Of a stretch of DNA of 39,651 nucleotides, positions 27,664 to 37,613 are shown piece after piece. The DNA is from an uncultured Clostridia bacterium. GTDB lineage: Bacteria > Bacillota > Clostridia > TANB77 > CAG-508. The position numbers and the translations under genes were made by a program. The notes under the pieces are model-generated. The model worked only from the letters and a program-made list of their open reading frames with translations. It was not told where the DNA came from and made no database searches. Position 1 is the first letter of the stretch, and each line of letters begins with the position of its first letter. The stretch is from positions 1 to 39,651 of the forward strand of contig CANPZT010000001.1 of assembly GCA_947589135.1 (NCBI GenBank). Reading direction: 5' to 3'.

Positions 27664-29385
27664 CTATCTAAATGCTACTAGCATTAAAATTAAATTAATT
27701 ATTACAAATATTGTAGATATATTAGCAATTTGTACTTTTTCTGTTCCTTCATCTTTTGTTTGATGATTATTATTTAATATAATTAATATCAATGGCAAAA
27801 TTGGTATTATATATCTTGCTTGATATCCATCTATGGTTAGTTTTCCTACTTCTGTATATGTTAAATATAGCATTAAACTTGTACTCCCAAATACTAATAG
27901 AAAAGTTATTACAGATATTATTTTTTTACTAAATTTTAAAGTTACACTATTATCAGAAATTGCTACATATAACAAAAATAAGAATTGTAAAAACATAATT
28001 GCTGTAGCAAACTTTCCAAAAAATATTGCTGGATTTAATACTAAGTACCAATTAAAATTGCACAATGAATTTACTATATGATTAACACTAACTATTATTA
28101 TATTAGTAGGATTTTCTTTTAGAAAATTTATCTGCCCAGTTATACTTGTATTTCCTCCTCTTGGATCACTTTCAGCTATATTTGATCCAAAAAATATTTT
28201 TAGTCCAATTAAAGCTATTACTACCAGTATAATCATTATTACAATTGGCATACTTTTTTTATTATTTTTTATAATTTTTAATATAGGTAATAAAAATATC
28301 AGAAAACCTACTCCTATATAAGCAAAATTTTTAATACATAATACTAATGCAAATATTCCTATTAGAATTAATATTTGTTTTAATTTTATTTCTTCTGGTT
28401 TACTTTGATATAATTTAAAACAATATGCAATAAAAATTCCTATAATACCTATTGCTATGCCATCAACTGAATATGCTCCTGCTAATAGTAATGAAAATGG
28501 TAACATATATATGGTATAAAATGTTTTTTCTTTAAATGGTAGTAATTTTAAAATTATAATTAATAATATAGCATAAAAAATTAGATTTGTCATTCTTCCA
28601 GCTATATATAAATCAGCTACACTTCCTTTAGTTATCTTTGCAATCTCAATACCTATAGCACTTGGTATATACATAACAAAATTATATACTGCAGGTAAAG
28701 AATTTATATCTTGCAAATTCGTGTTTTCTTCTAATCTTGATTCATATGGTATTGCAAAGAGTTTAATTGAATTTTCTAATGGAGAAAGAAATGGAATTTC
28801 ATCAAACTCTTTTTGTGTAAGTGGTTTTTCTACATAATTAAAATTTCCTGCTGCTAAATTAAATGCTGACATAAAATGCTTTTTCTCATCTAATGAACCA
28901 TGAAAACGAGTTGTACAAGAAAACAATATACCCAAAGTAATTGTCATTACAATTACATTTTTAATATAATCTTTAGATATATATATAATAGCTACTATTC
29001 CCATTAATAAAGATATAATTACTATAGAAAATTGGTATAACTCATATTTTCTTATAATTAAAAATGCTATTATTAGTATTATAAAAGGTATATATATTCC
29101 AATTGTAATTTTTTTACTTTTCAATTTTAATGATTCTCTTGCATTATCTAAAAATTTAGAAATACTAAATCTATATCCAATCCAAAAAATAATATATATT
29201 ATTACTCTAAATAAAGAAAAATAATATGGTATTTTTTCTCCTTGAAATAAAATATAATTTGTAAAACCCCAATTGCAAAATCCAAACTCATATATAAACA
29301 TACTTATAGCATATATACAAATCGTTATTATATTAATTATTCTGTTTTGATTATTTGTCTTTTCTATACTCTGTTTTTTTTCCAA
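27664..29385 (-). CDS. large polytopic membrane protein, candidate GT-C glycosyltransferase (GacL-like position)
   Basis: 573 aa with many TM segments. No soluble-domain motif that I can name. The function is inferred from context. Confidence 0.5.
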   Translation of the reverse strand: MEKKQSIEKTNNQNRIINIITICIYAISMFIYEFGFCNWGFTNYILFQGEKIPYYFSLFRVIIYIIFWIGYRFSISKFLDNARESLKLKSKKITIGIYIPFIILIIAFLIIRKYELYQFSIVIISLLMGIVAIIYISKDYIKNVIVMTITLGILFSCTTRFHGSLDEKKHFMSAFNLAAGNFNYVEKPLTQKEFDEIPFLSPLENSIKLFAIPYESRLEENTNLQDINSLPAVYNFVMYIPSAIGIEIAKITKGSVADLYIAGRMTNLIFYAILLIIILKLLPFKEKTFYTIYMLPFSLLLAGAYSVDGIAIGIIGIFIAYCFKLYQSKPEEIKLKQILILIGIFALVLCIKNFAYIGVGFLIFLLPILKIIKNNKKSMPIVIMIILVVIALIGLKIFFGSNIAESDPRGGNTSITGQINFLKENPTNIIIVSVNHIVNSLCNFNWYLVLNPAIFFGKFATAIMFLQFLFLLYVAISDNSVTLKFSKKIISVITFLLVFGSTSLMLYLTYTEVGKLTIDGYQARYIIPILPLILIILNNNHQTKDEGTEKVQIANISTIFVIINLILMLVAFR

Positions 29386-29412
29386 ACTAATATCCTTCCA
29401 TTTATAATTTTT

Positions 29413-31515
29413 TTAATTTATTTGATAAATAAACTGATTTTTTTCTTTTACTATATATTTATCTGTTATATGGAATTCTTCTTTTATTTTTTCTGTAAGT
29501 TCTGTATTTGTAAAATAGTATTTTACATTTAAATCTTTTAAATTTTCATATGTTAGTTTTGCTTCATATGAATCTTGTGATAATAACTTAAATTCTGTTT
29601 TATCACTTAGTATAATATTAATATGAGCAAATCTATTATATACTTGATTATATGTTCCATCTGGATCTACAATTTTTAACCAATCAAAATTTGGATAATT
29701 ATTAACACCACTTAAACATTTTACTCCATTCGCAATTAAATATTGTCCATTCAAATTATGTCTTCCCATCCAAATTGCATCATCATCTTCTGATTTTATT
29801 AGTCTGATTTCTTTTGCTATTTCTGTATCATTAATAACTTTTATACCTAATACAATTGGATTTATAGTTATTCCTGCTACAATTGAAATAATACACATTA
29901 TATAACACCATTTCTTCTTTTCTCCTCTAATTAAGAAATATGTTATTGAATACATCACAACTGCTAAAACTTCTAATTTAATTGTAGTAAAGAATTCAGC
30001 ATATTGTGTTGTTTTTGCTAAATTTATTGATATTACTGCTACAATCAAAGCTATAATTGCAGATTGCACTTTTGTTAAAGGTGATTTATTCTCAAATTTC
30101 TTTAATAACATAATTACTAAAATAACACCTAATAATCCTGTTACCATGTTGGTTCTTTCCGTTGTTGAAAAATACATAAATGTTATTCTTGCAATTAATT
30201 TTCCAACACCTATAAATTGCCATATTAAGAAAAAAGCATATAGAACAATAAGAGCAATTAGTAAACCTTTATTATCTTCTTTGTCATCTTTTGAGCTTGT
30301 TATATAAGCAATAATTAATACTATTAATCCTATAAATGGATAAATATATGATGATAATTCACATGGATTTGCAATTTTATTTGTATACGGAGAAAATAAA
30401 CATATAAAGTAAGAGACAAATCTATCTATTGTATAATCTCCTCCTGTTTCAAATCGACTTCCTGGATAAACTGTTCCCATCATTACTTTTATGTCTTCCC
30501 ATGATATAAAAACAAATCTAGCAATTAATCCAATTATAGCAAAAATTGTTCCAAGCATTATAATATAATCTGATTTTTTTAATTCTTTTCTATGTTTAAT
30601 AAAATCATTTATCATAAAAATTGCCATAACAAATGCAAATGGCACTTGAAATGCCGGATATAATGTAAACGCAAAACCTGGAACTGTTATAATCATTCCC
30701 AATGCAATGAGTAACTTTTTCCATAATTTCCAATCTAAATGCTCCATATAATAACTAAATAAAATTATTACTGCTCCTCCTAGAATATATGCTTCTATAA
30801 CAGCTGTACTCAACCACCACATCATAGTTGGTGCTAATGCTAAAATTATTGCACCAGCCCATGATAAAACCGTGTCTTTCTTACTAATTTTTATAGCTAA
30901 CTCTAATGAAACCATTAATAATGCTATTATTCTTAGACACCACCAAAATGAAAATCCGTATTCTGCTCCAAATAATAAATATCCCCAATTAAAAGGTTTA
31001 GCAATTGATGTAATATCCCAAACTGGTGATGCTGTTATTATCATATTGATATTTCCTTGACCAATATTTTCATTATAAATCTTTAGCCCTTCTTCATTTT
31101 GTGTTTGTCCTAAATTAATCATAGACGTAACAAGCCATTCATCTGAACGAATTGATCTTGCTTGTCCAAATAGAGTACATTTTGCTTCTGGTTCTCCTAA
31201 AAAGGAACACCACATATCTATTGAAGAAAAATTGATTTTAAAAATAACTAGTAAAAATAAGGCAATACCTGCAATAATGTATCTATATTTTAATAATATA
31301 TTAGATATTTTTCTGATTTTTTTGCTATATTTATTTAATATCCAATAAATAAATATTAAAAAATATACTCCATAAATGAATCCTATTCTAATAATTGTTG
31401 CCTTATTAAATTCTATTTTGTTAAAAATTAATAATTCTAATATAATTGGTATTATTAGTAAAATAATTGCTTTCATAATTTTACTATTCCATACTTTTTT
31501 TACTGTCTCTTTCAT
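29413..31515 (-). CDS. large polytopic membrane protein with a C-terminal extracytoplasmic domain, function unknown
   Basis: 700 aa. About 14 hydrophobic segments, then a roughly 170-aa soluble tail (EIRLIKSEDDDAIWMGRHNLNGQYLIANGVKCLSGVNNYPNFDW..). Confidence 0.5.
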   Translation of the reverse strand: MKETVKKVWNSKIMKAIILLIIPIILELLIFNKIEFNKATIIRIGFIYGVYFLIFIYWILNKYSKKIRKISNILLKYRYIIAGIALFLLVIFKINFSSIDMWCSFLGEPEAKCTLFGQARSIRSDEWLVTSMINLGQTQNEEGLKIYNENIGQGNINMIITASPVWDITSIAKPFNWGYLLFGAEYGFSFWWCLRIIALLMVSLELAIKISKKDTVLSWAGAIILALAPTMMWWLSTAVIEAYILGGAVIILFSYYMEHLDWKLWKKLLIALGMIITVPGFAFTLYPAFQVPFAFVMAIFMINDFIKHRKELKKSDYIIMLGTIFAIIGLIARFVFISWEDIKVMMGTVYPGSRFETGGDYTIDRFVSYFICLFSPYTNKIANPCELSSYIYPFIGLIVLIIAYITSSKDDKEDNKGLLIALIVLYAFFLIWQFIGVGKLIARITFMYFSTTERTNMVTGLLGVILVIMLLKKFENKSPLTKVQSAIIALIVAVISINLAKTTQYAEFFTTIKLEVLAVVMYSITYFLIRGEKKKWCYIMCIISIVAGITINPIVLGIKVINDTEIAKEIRLIKSEDDDAIWMGRHNLNGQYLIANGVKCLSGVNNYPNFDWLKIVDPDGTYNQVYNRFAHINIILSDKTEFKLLSQDSYEAKLTYENLKDLNVKYYFTNTELTEKIKEEFHITDKYIVKEKNQFIYQIN

Positions 31516-31578
31516 ATTTTAGAATTCCTTTCACGAAAATTTTATATAATAAAAATAATATAGAAAAAACATAAAAGA

Positions 31579-33465
31579 TTACTTATATAAAACTTTCTCC
31601 TGCTTTATTTCATATTGGTCTGAATCTATTCTCAAATTTATATTATAATAAGGATCTCCTTTTTCTTTGTACTCTCCCCATTTTTTATAAAACAAATCAA
31701 TTTCGCCTTTAAAGCGTGCTTGTTTTTCAGGAGTATCTTCTGCTCCTCTTGATTTAGATTCATAATGCATAAGTTCTACAAATGGATTATAGATAATCAA
31801 TTTTCCTGATTTTATAATTTTTAAACATAAATCAACATCATTAAATGCTACAGCAAATTTTTCATCCATATATCCAACTTCTTCATATGTAGAACGCTTT
31901 GCCATTATGCAAGCAGCTGTAACAGCACTTAAATTTTGAATATGGCTTTCTCTTGCAAAATAACCATGCGTATTCTTATATATTCCCTTGAATACATGAC
32001 CTGCAACACCATATACTCCAATAATTGCACCAGCATGTTGAATAGTTCCATCTGGATAATACATTTTAACTCCTACTGCCCCAACATCTTCTCTCTGATT
32101 CATTCCAACCATTTTTTCTATCCAATCTGGTGTTATCAGTTCTGTATCATTATTTAATTGGATTATGTACTCTCCATCTGTGTTTTTTATTCCATAATTT
32201 ATAATTTTAGAATAATTGTAACCCTTTTCTGGATAATATAATACTTTTACCTTTTCTTCTTTTTCTAATTCTTTATAGTAATTAAAAATAGATTCTTCTG
32301 TACTATTATTTTCAATAACAACAATTTCATAATTTTGATATGTTGTTAATTTCAAAACTGATTCAATACAAGTTTTCAATGTTTTAGCTTCATTATAATT
32401 TGGTATCAGTATTGTAACTTTTGGATTTCCTTTTACCTTATAATCTATTTTATAAGTTCCAAGTGTTGCTCCATGTGTTACTTCTCCTTCTAATCCCACT
32501 CTTTTTAAATGGTCTTGTAATACTGGAATTCCTGCTTCAAAAGCATATGGTTTTGCATCTCCTCCTGCTTTAGCTGTTGATAACTCGTGAACTCTCCAAT
32601 GGTATAAAATCTTTGGAATGTGTTTTATATTTTTTGCAATTTCAGCCATTCTAATAATAATATCATAGTCTTGTGCTCCATCATATTTGCTTCTTTCTCC
32701 TCCAAGCTTTTCCATTAAGTCTTTTCTAAATACACTAAAATGGCAAATATAATTATTTGATCTCAATGTATCAATTGCAAAATCTGGTTTGAAATGTGGG
32801 TCAAATCTTGGTTTATCAGTTGTTGTTATTTTGTCTTCGTCTGTATATATAAACTCTATATCTGGATCTTCATTAATTGCTTTTACTATTTCATATAAAC
32901 AATTTACTGGTAATAAATCATCATGGTCTAAAAGTGCAATATAGTCTCCTGTTGCACGTTTTAATGCTTCATTTGTGTTTCCTGCAATTCCCAAATTATT
33001 TCCTGTATAATTATATTTTATTCTATTATCTTTTTTACAAATTTTTTCTATTTCTTCGTTCTTATCAGGGCTTCCATCTTCTAAGCAAAGTTCCCAATTT
33101 GAATAAGTTTGATTTATTAAATATTCTACTAATTCTTCAAAAAAGTTTGTTGGAGTTTTATACATTGGAACTAATATGCTAATTTTAGGATTTAGTTTAA
33201 ATTTGGTGTTACGTTGCTTTTCTAATTCTTCTTTACTTGGGTCATTTAGCTTCATCCATATCTCATAAGGAGTATTTGTTGTTCCATTTTGTACATTATT
33301 AGTAATAATTTTCCATGTTTTCTTTAATCCATTATTTTTTAAAGACCATATAAATTTTTTAATATTACTTGGCTTTAATCCATGAATTATTCTATTTAAT
33401 TTTCTTAAAAATTGTCTTACCTTTCCCCCTTCTGGAAAAAGCTTATCTCTTAACCTAACACTCAT
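31579..33465 (-). CDS. bifunctional glycosyltransferase with two GT2 modules (rhamnan-polymerising type)
   Basis: 628 aa. Module 1 has ISILVPMYKTP..EDGSPD..LLDHDD. Module 2 has VTILIPNYNEAKT..ENNSTE..QLNNDTE. Confidence 0.8.
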   Translation of the reverse strand: MSVRLRDKLFPEGGKVRQFLRKLNRIIHGLKPSNIKKFIWSLKNNGLKKTWKIITNNVQNGTTNTPYEIWMKLNDPSKEELEKQRNTKFKLNPKISILVPMYKTPTNFFEELVEYLINQTYSNWELCLEDGSPDKNEEIEKICKKDNRIKYNYTGNNLGIAGNTNEALKRATGDYIALLDHDDLLPVNCLYEIVKAINEDPDIEFIYTDEDKITTTDKPRFDPHFKPDFAIDTLRSNNYICHFSVFRKDLMEKLGGERSKYDGAQDYDIIIRMAEIAKNIKHIPKILYHWRVHELSTAKAGGDAKPYAFEAGIPVLQDHLKRVGLEGEVTHGATLGTYKIDYKVKGNPKVTILIPNYNEAKTLKTCIESVLKLTTYQNYEIVVIENNSTEESIFNYYKELEKEEKVKVLYYPEKGYNYSKIINYGIKNTDGEYIIQLNNDTELITPDWIEKMVGMNQREDVGAVGVKMYYPDGTIQHAGAIIGVYGVAGHVFKGIYKNTHGYFARESHIQNLSAVTAACIMAKRSTYEEVGYMDEKFAVAFNDVDLCLKIIKSGKLIIYNPFVELMHYESKSRGAEDTPEKQARFKGEIDLFYKKWGEYKEKGDPYYNINLRIDSDQYEIKQEKVLYK

Positions 33466-33497
33466 TTATTTTTTTCCTTTCTATATAATTTCTTAAT

Positions 33498-35225
33498 CTA
33501 TTTATTTTTTCCTAACTCTATGATTTTTCTCAATGGCTTTGTAATTTTCCATGATTTTGAATTATAAACGTAGTTTAGTTGATTTCTTAAATCTTGTATT
33601 TCTAAATCTTTCTGCATTATTAATCCTTCTTTTTGTTCATTATCAATTTTTAATAAATTCATTTCATGATTATGTGTTAATTTTTCTCTTTTTAAATCTA
33701 ACATTGTTTTTCCTTGTGTATGAATTTTCCAAGTAATCTCATCTCTAATATTTTCTTGTATTTTATTATCTAATTCTTGAAATAATTCTGCTGCCTGTTC
33801 ATCAATCTCTAAAATTTCATATAATTCATTTTCTGATATATATTTTTTAATTCTATCAAAATATTTAATTGCCCTATATAAAATAAAATCAATAGGAATA
33901 TTTTCTTCCATCCATTCTTGGTCATAAAAGTAAAATTGTTCATCAATATAAAAACAATTTTGAAAAACCAAATCCCATAGTCCGTATTTAACAAATACCA
34001 TATTTTCTATATTTTCCTTTTGGTATTCAATTTTATATTTATCAAATACATTATCGTCTAAATCTGATTTTTCTAATTTGTCTATCAATTCTTGTTTAAA
34101 CTTTTTTATTAAATCAATTGCATCTATCTTCTGATTTTGTTTAATCAAATCCATTATAACTTTGTCTAATGTTTTTTCTTTTGAATATTGACTAATAATT
34201 TTTTCTTCATCATAACTATCTAAAGTTTTTAAATTTGATTGGTTTAAAATATCTATGTTTTTCTTAATATTTTCAATGTGCTCAATACTATTTTTATTGC
34301 CTGGATATTTATATACAAAATCTTTTCCCATAATAGTCTTTATCCTATATTGTGGTTTTCTCATATTTGAAAAAGCAACCAATCGAATTTCATTTTCTTC
34401 GTATTCATTATTAAATATTTCAATTAAAAAAGAATTTACAAATGTTTTTGAACTATTTATATCTTCTTTTAATAGTTCTTTATATACCTTATTTTGTTCA
34501 TAAAATTTTATTGTATTTTCTTTATTATAAACAATATTTCTGGAAACATTGTTTTTTGATAGTGGCTTTTCATCTGTATAAATTACATTTGTTAATTTAT
34601 AGTCTGTCATTGGATAATATACTTTTTTATTTTCAAATCCTACTTCTTTAATTTGTTTTTCTAATTCATCTAAACGATATATTTTTTTGTCCACGATATT
34701 TGTAATTTCTTCTCCATTGTCATCAATAGTAGAAAAATATTTCATTCCTAACCTATTATCTGTTGCAAGTAGAATTTTTCCTTCTGGAGTTAAATAATTA
34801 CGAATTTCTTGTAAAATTTCTTTTGGTGAGTCAGTGATATTTTCTATTCCAATTAGAGTAATATAATCAAATTTTTCATTTATTTCTTCTATATCTGAAA
34901 CAACAATTAAGTTTTTTTCTTGCTCATGCCTTTTTAAAATAGCTTTTCTTTTTTCTTCTGAAGCTTCTATAGAAACTACTTTACTTGCTTTTTGACACAA
35001 AGCTCCTGTAATTTGCCCCATATCTGCCCCTATTTCTAAAATTTTGCTATTCTCTTTAAATGGGTACCAATTAATAATATTTTCTCTAATGTCTGATAAA
35101 GCTAGTATTATTTCTAATCTACTATCATTTTCTATTATTTTAGAATATTCCTCTTTTGGGTTTTGATTTATATACTCTATAATTTCTTTTTCAGTTTCAG
35201 TTAGTTGTTTTTCTTTTATCTTCAC
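33498..35225 (-). CDS. SAM-dependent methyltransferase domain protein with a long C-terminal helical/coiled-coil region (WbdD-like chain-terminator candidate)
   Basis: 575 aa. Motif I is ILEIGADMGQITGAL. The C-terminus has heptad-like LKREKL..LEIQDLRNQLNYVYNSKSWKITKPLRKI. Confidence 0.65.
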   Translation of the reverse strand: MKIKEKQLTETEKEIIEYINQNPKEEYSKIIENDSRLEIILALSDIRENIINWYPFKENSKILEIGADMGQITGALCQKASKVVSIEASEEKRKAILKRHEQEKNLIVVSDIEEINEKFDYITLIGIENITDSPKEILQEIRNYLTPEGKILLATDNRLGMKYFSTIDDNGEEITNIVDKKIYRLDELEKQIKEVGFENKKVYYPMTDYKLTNVIYTDEKPLSKNNVSRNIVYNKENTIKFYEQNKVYKELLKEDINSSKTFVNSFLIEIFNNEYEENEIRLVAFSNMRKPQYRIKTIMGKDFVYKYPGNKNSIEHIENIKKNIDILNQSNLKTLDSYDEEKIISQYSKEKTLDKVIMDLIKQNQKIDAIDLIKKFKQELIDKLEKSDLDDNVFDKYKIEYQKENIENMVFVKYGLWDLVFQNCFYIDEQFYFYDQEWMEENIPIDFILYRAIKYFDRIKKYISENELYEILEIDEQAAELFQELDNKIQENIRDEITWKIHTQGKTMLDLKREKLTHNHEMNLLKIDNEQKEGLIMQKDLEIQDLRNQLNYVYNSKSWKITKPLRKIIELGKNK

Positions 35226-35244
35226 TGATATTCCTCCTATATTT

Positions 35245-36600
35245 TTACCTATCTATTTTATTAATTGTTATTTTTGAATCTAATATAACAAGTCCAACAT
35301 ACTCTTTAGTAGATAATACCTCTATTAATAGCGCATCATATTTTCTATTTAATACTTCTAATTCTCCTTGTGCATTAAAGTGAGTACAACTAAATGATAA
35401 TGTGTATTTTCCTGGTGCAATAGGTAATTTTTGTTTAAACTCTACAATTACTTCATCGTCTTTTTCATATTCTCCTGTATAAACTTTTTCTATTAATGTA
35501 TTTGTCCCACAAATATCATTTCCTTGAAAATCTTTTATTGTTACTGTAAAAATTGGGTCTTTTACTTTTTTATGAAATTTTATTTTTGATTTTAAAATAA
35601 TTTCTTTATCATTTTCTAACATCTGTAAATATTGATTATTTTCATCAAATATTCCATAATCAATTACTTCTGCTTCTTTATTTCCATATTCCACAATATT
35701 TGGATTTTGTGTAAAATGTTCTTTCCATGTTTCTTCTGGGTTTGTGTTGTTTTTACTTGTAATTATTTCATCTTCTTTTTGATATTCTTCATGTTGTTCC
35801 ATTAACTTTTGATTTTCTTCTATTTCTTCTATATCTGCTTTTTCATCAATTCCTACAATGATTTTTTTGTATTTTTCAACTCCTTCTTTTACACTACCTT
35901 CAAATATCTTTTTACCAGAATCAATAATAATTGTTCTTGTACAATTTTTTAAGATATCTGCTACACTATGTGTTACAAAAAGAATAGTTTTTCCACTTTC
36001 TTTAAATTGTTGAAATTTCTTAAAACATTTTAATTGAAACGCCATATCCCCTACTGATAAAACTTCATCCACAATTAATATATCTGGCTCTACATTAATA
36101 GCACAGGCAAAAGCTAGTCTTGCAAACATTCCAGAAGAATATGTTTTAACTGGCTGATATAAATGTTCTCCAATGTCGGCAAATTCAATAATCTCTTGTT
36201 TTTTCTCTTCTATTTGCTCTTTTGTTAATCCCATTACTTGTCCGTGTTGATAGATGTTTTCTATTCCTGTTAAATCCATATTAAACGCTGTTCCTAATTC
36301 TAACAAAGAACTGATTTTTCCATTTATCTTTATAGTTCCACTTGTTGGAGTTACAACACCTGTTATCATTTTTAATAATGTTGACTTTCCTGCTCCATTT
36401 TTTCCAAGAACTCCTAAAATTTCACCTTTTTTTACTTTTAAATTAAAGTTTTCCATTGCTTTGAAATTATGGTGTTTTTTTGCTACTGGAATTATTGTTT
36501 CTACTAGTCTATCCATTTTTTTGTCAAACATTTTATAGTCTTTTCCTAAATTTTCTATTTCTATTACGTATTCTTCTTGTTTTTCTGCTTGTTCTTTCAT
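35245..36600 (-). CDS. wzt: polysaccharide ABC exporter ATP-binding protein (Wzt/TagH type) with a C-terminal extension of about 150 aa
   Basis: 451 aa. Walker A GKNGAGKST, signature YSSGM and Walker B ILIVDEVLSVGD. These are followed by an acidic linker and a beta-rich C-terminal domain. Confidence 0.88.
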   Translation of the reverse strand: MKEQAEKQEEYVIEIENLGKDYKMFDKKMDRLVETIIPVAKKHHNFKAMENFNLKVKKGEILGVLGKNGAGKSTLLKMITGVVTPTSGTIKINGKISSLLELGTAFNMDLTGIENIYQHGQVMGLTKEQIEEKKQEIIEFADIGEHLYQPVKTYSSGMFARLAFACAINVEPDILIVDEVLSVGDMAFQLKCFKKFQQFKESGKTILFVTHSVADILKNCTRTIIIDSGKKIFEGSVKEGVEKYKKIIVGIDEKADIEEIEENQKLMEQHEEYQKEDEIITSKNNTNPEETWKEHFTQNPNIVEYGNKEAEVIDYGIFDENNQYLQMLENDKEIILKSKIKFHKKVKDPIFTVTIKDFQGNDICGTNTLIEKVYTGEYEKDDEVIVEFKQKLPIAPGKYTLSFSCTHFNAQGELEVLNRKYDALLIEVLSTKEYVGLVILDSKITINKIDR

Positions 36601-36601
36601 T

Positions 36602-36645
36602 TTGCTATTCCCTCCTTGCTATTTCCTTTTTGCTATTTTACTTTT
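36602..36645. repeat. three tandem 14-nt repeats (TTGCTATTnCnTnn) covering the wzt RBS and leader
   Basis: TTGCTATT occurs at 36602, 36616 and 36630. On the minus strand, AATAGCAA occurs three times, with GGAGG in the proximal unit. Confidence 0.6.
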
Positions 36646-36705
36646 TTGTCAAGAATTTTTATATTGATTGTTTTAAACAAATTTTTTGTTGGTTACAATT
36701 TTATA

Positions 36706-37611
36706 CTATTTTAAATCTAATATTATATCCCCATCTTTTTCAATATAATGTTCTTTCACTCCCAATTCATCCATCCATTTTCTTGTCTCTACTGTTTTCC
36801 AGTTTCCCGTATTGTAACCAGTTCCTGGATCGTTATCCCATAACCATTGTGGAGTTGGCCATAAACAGATTTTTGGTTGAACCGCTTCATAAACTTCCTT
36901 TCCTGCTCCATTTTGTCCGTGGTGTGCCATTTGCACAATATCAGCTTTTAATTTATCTTTTTGTGTTTCAAGTAATTTTTTTCCACTTTCTATCCCTGTA
37001 TCTGCTAAAAATAATATGCTTGTATTATCTATATTCATTTTTATTACCATACTAGAATTGTTTATTGGGTTATCTGTAATTTCTGGGTTACAAGTTCCTA
37101 ATATCTCACAATTTATATTGTCTATATCAATTATTTGATTCTTGCTTACATGTTTTATTTTATTTTTTATCTTTTCATTTTCTATTGTTTTAAAGAATTC
37201 TTCTATTTCTGGAAGCCTTTCTCCTGCATATTGCTTATACCAGTCTAGTTCATTTAATGTAACATATATATCATTAATTTCAATATCAGTTGTTTCCACT
37301 ATTTCCATAAAAGCTTGCACATGATCCATATGCGGATGTGTTAAAAACCATACATCTACTCTCCCACCTAACTCTTCAATGTGATTTATAAGATTTGGTG
37401 CATCTTCTTTTAGCCCTCCATCTATTATAATTACTTTATCATTTTTAGTCTTTAATATATAACCCATCATTTGTCTTGAAGAATTATCTTTTAGTTGTAT
37501 TAATTCTGTATTTCTTTGATTTGTAACTATATTAATAATTGCAGTTACTGCTATTAAACATATTAATATAATTGCTACTTTTTTTATTTGTATTCTATTT
37601 TTTTCTTTCAC
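36706..37611 (-). CDS. membrane-anchored MBL-fold metallo-hydrolase
   Basis: 301 aa. N-terminal TM segment VAIILICLIAVTAIINIV, HxHxDH motif LTHPHMDHV and a later MAHHG. Confidence 0.8.
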   Translation of the reverse strand: MKEKNRIQIKKVAIILICLIAVTAIINIVTNQRNTELIQLKDNSSRQMMGYILKTKNDKVIIIDGGLKEDAPNLINHIEELGGRVDVWFLTHPHMDHVQAFMEIVETTDIEINDIYVTLNELDWYKQYAGERLPEIEEFFKTIENEKIKNKIKHVSKNQIIDIDNINCEILGTCNPEITDNPINNSSMVIKMNIDNTSILFLADTGIESGKKLLETQKDKLKADIVQMAHHGQNGAGKEVYEAVQPKICLWPTPQWLWDNDPGTGYNTGNWKTVETRKWMDELGVKEHYIEKDGDIILDLK

Positions 37612-37613
37612 TA

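Noticed and set aside
33809-33994. 61-aa minus-strand ORF inside the methyltransferase gene, and 38864..39058 inside wzm.
   Set aside because: These are alternative-frame ORFs fully nested in longer, motif-bearing ORFs on the same strand. They have no independent start signals.
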